Below are positions 58,674 through 64,000 of a stretch of 64,000 bases of DNA, one piece after another. The notes beneath the pieces are model-generated. The model was given only the letters and a program-made list of their open reading frames with translations, had not been told where the DNA came from and did not search any database. A program made the position numbers and the translations under genes. Source of the stretch: an uncultured Acidimicrobiales bacterium (GTDB lineage: Bacteria; Actinomycetota; Acidimicrobiia; Acidimicrobiales; SHLQ01); NCBI GenBank assembly GCA_964610745.1, contig CAZSYL010000001.1, positions 43,281 to 107,280 on the forward strand, given 5' to 3'. Position 1 is the stretch's first letter, and each line of letters starts with the position of its first letter.

Positions 58674-59716
58674 TCAGGTAGCGATTGCCCCACCGATAAC
58701 GGTTGCATCAGAACCATCGCCGTCGTAAAACACCAGACTCTGCCCCGCGGCAATACGATCGCGGGGTGCAGCCCAGGTAACGCGGTCATCGTGCACAGTC
58801 GCTGACAAAGCAGTGCCATGTGCACTTGCCTGCACCAGCGCCTCGCCCGTGAACGGCTCGAGCGCCCAAACCGGCTGAACGAATCCGGTCTCGTCATCCT
58901 TGAGCGACCGGCGCGGGCCAATGGTGACAACCGATTCTGCAAGGTTCACATCGACCACAAACTGAGGTTCGCTCATACCCGACACGTTGAGCCCCTTGCG
59001 TTGGCCCACGGTCACGAGTTCGGTCGCGGGGACCTCGCCCACTTGAGTCCCGTCTTCAGTGACGATGACACCGGGAGTCAGACCTCCGCGAGCGCCAAGA
59101 AAAGCTTCGCGTCCCCCGTCCTTGGTGATGAAGCAGACATCCTGGCTGTCGGGTTTGCCTGCGGTAAGCAGACCTCGGCGCTCAGCCTCGGCGCGCAGGT
59201 CAGGTTTGTTCCAGCCGCCGATTGGCAGGAGCACCCGCGAGAGAACATCCTGACCAAGCATGTGAAGCACGTAGCTTTGGTCCTTGAGTGGGTCGATGCT
59301 TCGTTGCATTCGAAACGTGCCGTCGTCGAGCGTTGCGATGCGTGCGTAGTGACCCGTGGCTATCCGGTCGAAGCCGAGCACCGCTGCCCGTTCAAAGAAG
59401 AGATCGAACTTGATGTGGCGGTTGCATTCGATGCACGGATTCGGCGTTCCGCCCGTGCGGTGGGTATCTACGAAAGGATTGACGACGTGTCGATCGAACT
59501 CTTCGCCGAAGTTGAACACGTGATGTTCGATGCCGAGTTGGTTCGCAACCCAGCGCGCATCGTCCACATCGGACACGGAGCAGCAACCCGAATCGGACTT
59601 GCCTCCCCAGAGCTTCATGGTCACCCCAACAACGTCGAAACCCTCGTCCTGCAACAAGGCGGCAGCCACCGAGGAGTCCACTCCGCCGGACATACCGACG
59701 AGAACGCGCTCAGCCA
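58674..59716 (-). CDS. mnmA: tRNA 2-thiouridylase
   Basis: VGMSGGVDSSV, NPCIECN, ATGHYA, KDQSY, KPDSQDVCF. Confidence 0.96.
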
Positions 59717-60831
59717 TGGGGAGCTCCTCGGAGTTGCGCGACCGCTGCGGGGATGAGTTGCAACGCTTCGTCGATGTCCTCGTCGGTGCTCGACCAGCCG
59801 AGGGAGAGGCGAAGCGGCGCAGCATTGCTTGCGTCGATGCCCATTGCGGTCATGACGTGCGACGCACCCTGGGCACCGCTCGCGCACGACGACGCGGCCG
59901 AGCACGAAAGGTCGTGCTCGTCGAGGAGGAAGAGCAGCGGTTCGCTCTGTACGCCTGGAATCGAAATGTGGACGATGCCCGGGACGCGAAGCTCGGGAGC
60001 AACTGTTGGCTGGACGCCATCGACCGACGACATCAACCCGTTGAGGAGACGGTCGGCGAGGCGACCAATGCGGGCGAGGCGGTCGGTTTGGTCATCGAGC
60101 GATGCCTGAACTGCAGCGGCGAATCCGACGATGCCGGCAACGTTCTGGGTGCCAGCCCGACGGTCACGTTCCTGACCTCCGCCGACAAGCATCGGGGCGG
60201 GCATGGCGCCATCGCGAACGACGACAGCGCCAACTCCTTGGGGCCCTCCGAGCTTGTGCCCCGTGATCGACAACATGTCTACGCCTACCGTGACCGTAGG
60301 CAAATCGAGCCAGGGCAAGGCCTGTACAGCGTCGGAATGCACGAGCGCGTTGGGCGCGATCTCGTGGACAACATCGGCAATCTCAGCGATTGGTTGACGA
60401 ACTCCGGTCTCGTTGTTGACCGCCATCACCGAGACAACCTCGGTTTCAGGTGTGCATGCAGCCTTAACTGCATCGGGTGCGACAATCCCGTTGGAATCGA
60501 CCTCTACAACAAGCGCGCCTTGCCTCTGAGCGGGTTCGAGTATTGCGGGATGCTCGATCGAGCTCACGACGACGCGACCAGCTTGATGTCCCCGACCAAT
60601 GGCGAGATTGTCCGACTCGGTCCCACCCCCAGTGAAAACCACCTCGCCCCGTTCAAAACCGGTCGCGACAGCAAGGACGGCTCGCGCCTCATCGAGCGCC
60701 TGGCGGGCTCGACGGCCAGCGCGATGCGATGCGGTCGGATTCGCGTGTCGCTCGGCAAACCACGGGAGCATCGCGTCAAGGGCTTCAGGGCGCAGCGGTG
60801 ATGATGCTGCATGATCGAGGTACGCGGGCAC
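59710..60831 (-). CDS. iscS: Cysteine desulfurase (IscS/NifS-like)
   Basis: YLDHAASSP, HSDAVQ, TGHKLGGP, SAASSCASG. Confidence 0.9.
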   Translation of the reverse strand: MPAYLDHAASSPLRPEALDAMLPWFAERHANPTASHRAGRRARQALDEARAVLAVATGFERGEVVFTGGGTESDNLAIGRGHQAGRVVVSSIEHPAILEPAQRQGALVVEVDSNGIVAPDAVKAACTPETEVVSVMAVNNETGVRQPIAEIADVVHEIAPNALVHSDAVQALPWLDLPTVTVGVDMLSITGHKLGGPQGVGAVVVRDGAMPAPMLVGGGQERDRRAGTQNVAGIVGFAAAVQASLDDQTDRLARIGRLADRLLNGLMSSVDGVQPTVAPELRVPGIVHISIPGVQSEPLLFLLDEHDLSCSAASSCASGAQGASHVMTAMGIDASNAAPLRLSLGWSSTDEDIDEALQLIPAAVAQLRGAPHG

Positions 60832-60840
60832 GCGTCCAGT

Positions 60841-61608
60841 CTATTCGATCGCGAGTTGAGCCAAACCGCCCTCTCGGAGCTGGCGTGCGGCCAGGACCGA
60901 GACCAGGTACGCCTCGGGCATGAGTCCGTAAAGACTCCGATGACCGAGCGACTGGGCGGTCGAAGCAGCCAACTGTGGACCGAGCTCTGCTCGGGCCGCC
61001 GACGAAAGTTCCGTGGTCCGCAGCAGGAAGGATCGGATCAGGCGTTCCTGGTCCGGGCGAAGTTTCGCAACATCCATGTCCGCCACGATGTGCTCAGCGC
61101 CCATCGGCGGGGTGAACGGAACAGCGGGGACGTGCGAGATCGATCGTGGGTCGATGATGACGAACGTTCCTGCGGCAAAGTCCCCGAGGCGCTGTGCACG
61201 GCGAGTGAACATGACCGCGACTATCGCGACCGATCCGAACGAGATGATTATGTCGACCAGCTGAAACAGCGACCGAATGAAAGCTTCTCGAAAACCGATC
61301 GGACCAGCCTCAAGAGTGACGGTTCGCAACCCCAGCGCAAGTTTCCCCACCGTACGACCGCGGAAGAACGTCTCGCTCACGATCGGATACCCAAAGATCG
61401 TCAGAAATCCGAAGATGAACTGGCCCACGACGGCAGCCGTGCCACCCAACAGCCCGATCAACTCGAAGCCAATCGCGAATGCGACGAGGACGAGCGCAAT
61501 GTCGATCAGACGAGCTACGCCTCGGTGACCCACCCCGGCCACCTCGAGGTCGAGTACGACCCCTTGAGGCGTCACGATGCCACGTCCGGCGGTGATGACC
61601 GCTGTCAT
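60841..61608 (-). CDS. RDD family protein
   Basis: IVTPQGVVLDLEVAG..RGVARLID, GRTVGK, RLGDFAAGT; start 61608 or 61647. Confidence 0.88.
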   Translation of the reverse strand: MTAVITAGRGIVTPQGVVLDLEVAGVGHRGVARLIDIALVLVAFAIGFELIGLLGGTAAVVGQFIFGFLTIFGYPIVSETFFRGRTVGKLALGLRTVTLEAGPIGFREAFIRSLFQLVDIIISFGSVAIVAVMFTRRAQRLGDFAAGTFVIIDPRSISHVPAVPFTPPMGAEHIVADMDVAKLRPDQERLIRSFLLRTTELSSAARAELGPQLAASTAQSLGHRSLYGLMPEAYLVSVLAARQLREGGLAQLAIE

Positions 61609-61676
61609 CGGCGACAGCCTGACTGGGGCACATGGTGGTCCACTCACACCACGCTAGACCCGCTACCGTTGGATAC

Positions 61677-62690
61677 GTGGGAAATCTCGACAACTACGTT
61701 CTTGCGAATACACCCGAATGGGAACGACTCGAAGCGCTCGTCAAGAAGGCTGGAGTTCGCGGTGGAGGCCTCGAAGACCAGGAGCTGGACGAGCTCCTGG
61801 CGCGTTATCAGCGGACCTCAGCTCACTTGTCCCACGTGCGCAGCACCTACGGCGACCCTCAGGTCACGGCTCGACTCACCCGCGTCGTTGCCTCATCACG
61901 AGCTCTTATCTACGGCGCTCAGCCCCGCGCTGGAGGTGCGCTTCGGAGTTTCTTCACCAGCACCTTTCCCGCGGCGGTGTGGAACGCGCGGGTGGCCATC
62001 TTCATCTCGGCTCTCGCCTTCTTCCTCCCAGCAATCGCGACCGGTGTATGGATTGCGAACTCACCGGCAGCCATTGATGCCTTTGCCCCAGAGGCGCTTC
62101 GCGAGGCGTACATCAACAACGATTTCGAGGCCTACTACTCGTCAGCTCCAGCAGCTGAGTTCTCAACTCAGGTACTGATCAACAATATTCAGGTGTCGTT
62201 CCTGGCGTTCGTCTCTGGCATTGCGTGGTCCGTGCCAACAATTGGCATTCTTGCGTTCAACGGTGCGAACGTGGGCCAGGCCGCAGGCCTGTTCCACGAC
62301 GCTGGCGAGGCTGGACGATTCTGGGGCCTGATTCTTCCCCACGGACTGCTCGAGATCAGCGCGATCGTCGTGGCAGGCGGAGCTGGCATGAAGATGGGCT
62401 GGGCCCTTGTGGCGCCGGGAGACCGAACCCGTTCCCAAGCCTTGGCCGAGGAAGCCGGACGAGCAGCATCGATCGTCATCGGTCTTATGGTGGTCTTTAT
62501 CATCGCCGGGCTCATCGAGGGCTTTGTCACACCAGCACCTCTTGAAACCTGGGTGAGGATATCGATTGGGGTAACGGCCTTTACCGCCTTTGCCGCCTAT
62601 GTCTTGGCATTGGGTCCGGCGGCTTCTGCGCAAGGGCACACCGGCTCGATCCGAGAGAGCGTCCGGGTCATCCCCAACGCGGAGACCTGA
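61677..62690 (+). CDS. Stage II sporulation protein M (SpoIIM/DUF95)-like membrane protein
   Basis: NNIQVSF, ILPHGLLEI, AGLIEGFVTP; GTG 7 nt after TACCGT. Confidence 0.88.
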   Translation: MGNLDNYVLANTPEWERLEALVKKAGVRGGGLEDQELDELLARYQRTSAHLSHVRSTYGDPQVTARLTRVVASSRALIYGAQPRAGGALRSFFTSTFPAAVWNARVAIFISALAFFLPAIATGVWIANSPAAIDAFAPEALREAYINNDFEAYYSSAPAAEFSTQVLINNIQVSFLAFVSGIAWSVPTIGILAFNGANVGQAAGLFHDAGEAGRFWGLILPHGLLEISAIVVAGGAGMKMGWALVAPGDRTRSQALAEEAGRAASIVIGLMVVFIIAGLIEGFVTPAPLETWVRISIGVTAFTAFAAYVLALGPAASAQGHTGSIRESVRVIPNAET

Positions 62691-62733
62691 CCTTCATCTA
62701 TCTCCGCGCAATGGCACCTAGCTCTGTGCGACT

Positions 62734-64000
62734 CTAGAGCGCCCCGCGACTCTTGACGTCGAGATAGTGATCCATCAGTCGAGGAGCGAGCTTGCCGGGC
62801 GGGGCATCGATCACGGTCGCTCCGGTCCGACGAATGTCGGCGATGGCTCGGCGCCGTGCCGAGAGTGACGCAGTGGCCGCCGCATGGCGATGGGCCGACT
62901 CGGGATCGGACGGGATTTCTCTCGCCCATTTCTCGACCTCGGGATCAAGTACGCTCGCAATCACTACCACATGGGATCGGGTGAGCAACGGGAGGGCCGG
63001 AAGGAGAAATTCGCCGATTGTCTGTTCGACCAACTCGGTGTGGATGATCAACATCGTGCGACGGGAGAATCGCAGCAACACTTCGGTGAAGGCCCCGTGA
63101 TAGTCGCTCTCGGCGAGCTCGGGCTCGATGTCATACATCGAGTTGGTGACTCGGCTGAGCTGTGTCGACTGCGCCGATGCGGGCACTGCGGTGCGGACGT
63201 TGTTATCAAAGACCAACAATCCGGTTCGATCTCCAAGACCTGTGGCCACCGTTGTGACCGCCATGATGGCGTCCATCGCGTGTTCGACCCGGGGTACGTT
63301 CGCCACCTGACCAGCCATGAGCCGACCGTTGTCCATGATGTTGATGACCGTCTGGTTCCGTTCGGTTCGATAGGTACGAACGATCATGCGGTTGGCACGG
63401 GCCGTCGCTGACCAATCGATCTTTCGAAACTCGTCGTCAACGGTGAAATCACGAAGTTGCTCAAACTCGGAGCCTCCGCCACGCATCCGGGCGGAGCGCA
63501 GCCCCAAGTCCAGGCGGCTCCGACGCAAACGCAGTTCGGCCTCTGCACGACTGGGGAAACGAGGAAAGACTCGAAGCTCTTCAGGCTTCCATCGCGCTTG
63601 CTGGCGTCCAGCAAATCCGAGTGGACCCAGAAGCCGCACGACTAGCTCGCCCACCTCGAAGCGTCCTCGACGCGTCGGTACGATATCGGTCTCGATGGTT
63701 GCAGTTCGCCCTGCACCGAGTCGCAAATCGATTCGTCGGGTCGCCACGTTGAGCGAGGGAGCAAAGTCGTCGGCGAAGCGTAACGACACCGGGCGCCGAG
63801 AGCGATTGGAGACGAGCCACGACGCAGTGCCCTGCCGATCGAGCGCGACCGACTTCGGGAGCTTGCGTTCGATCATGATCAGTGAAGGATCGGGCGTGAG
63901 CATCCAGTCGATGAGCCACACCGCAAGAACGACAACAAAAACGCCGATGAGTGCCAGCCATGGCTGGCTGATCGTGAGTAGCACCGCTGGTGACAGCAAC
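62734..64000 (-). CDS. DUF58 (vWA-like, MoxR-associated) protein; 5' end probably beyond the window
   Basis: GGGSEFEQLRDF..GD-type motif, IDWSATAR, DNGRLM. Confidence 0.88.
   Translation of the reverse strand, partial: LLSPAVLLTISQPWLALIGVFVVVLAVWLIDWMLTPDPSLIMIERKLPKSVALDRQGTASWLVSNRSRRPVSLRFADDFAPSLNVATRRIDLRLGAGRTATIETDIVPTRRGRFEVGELVVRLLGPLGFAGRQQARWKPEELRVFPRFPSRAEAELRLRRSRLDLGLRSARMRGGGSEFEQLRDFTVDDEFRKIDWSATARANRMIVRTYRTERNQTVINIMDNGRLMAGQVANVPRVEHAMDAIMAVTTVATGLGDRTGLLVFDNNVRTAVPASAQSTQLSRVTNSMYDIEPELAESDYHGAFTEVLLRFSRRTMLIIHTELVEQTIGEFLLPALPLLTRSHVVVIASVLDPEVEKWAREIPSDPESAHRHAAATASLSARRRAIADIRRTGATVIDAPPGKLAPRLMDHYLDVKSRGAL

Noticed and set aside
60841-64000. RDD-SpoIIM-DUF58 cluster as a novel system
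   Set aside because: A widespread, already recognised MoxR-associated neighbourhood; nothing unusual seen here

Overview
High-GC, gene-dense chromosomal segment from an Actinomycetota member, most likely Acidimicrobiia (inferred from gene content and style, not from a marker gene). About 60 CDS; I found no rRNA, tRNA, CRISPR array, transposase or integrase. Housekeeping genes include ilvD, gatCAB, ligA, mnmA with a cysteine desulfurase, a PASTA kinase and an RDD/SpoIIM/DUF58 cluster. Transporters include a PhnCDE-like ABC system, a TRAP system, a sodium:solute symporter with a LytS/LytTR pair and a MATE pump. Best candidates for something undescribed: (1) a PknG-type signalling locus (hypothetical, PknG-like kinase with triplicated Cys4 module, PP2C, then vWA and FHA). 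Its divergent GlnX-like membrane gene is followed not by a GlnH-type amino-acid binder but by an orphan PotD/PotF-type polyamine-binding lipoprotein and a group II PLP decarboxylase, which suggests an amine-sensing version of the GlnH-GlnX-PknG pathway. (2) A tandem pair of SF1 helicase genes with degenerate Vsr-like C-termini. (3) A B12 mutase with isobutyryl-CoA-mutase specificity residues, sharing a MarR-type operator with a divergent carotenoid oxygenase. Direct reading also shows pervasive leaderless gene architecture, a 32-aa ORF and an edge-truncated beta-helix lipoprotein that the ORF track missed, several palindromic operators and two related REP-like palindromes. All functional calls come from motif recognition without database searches.
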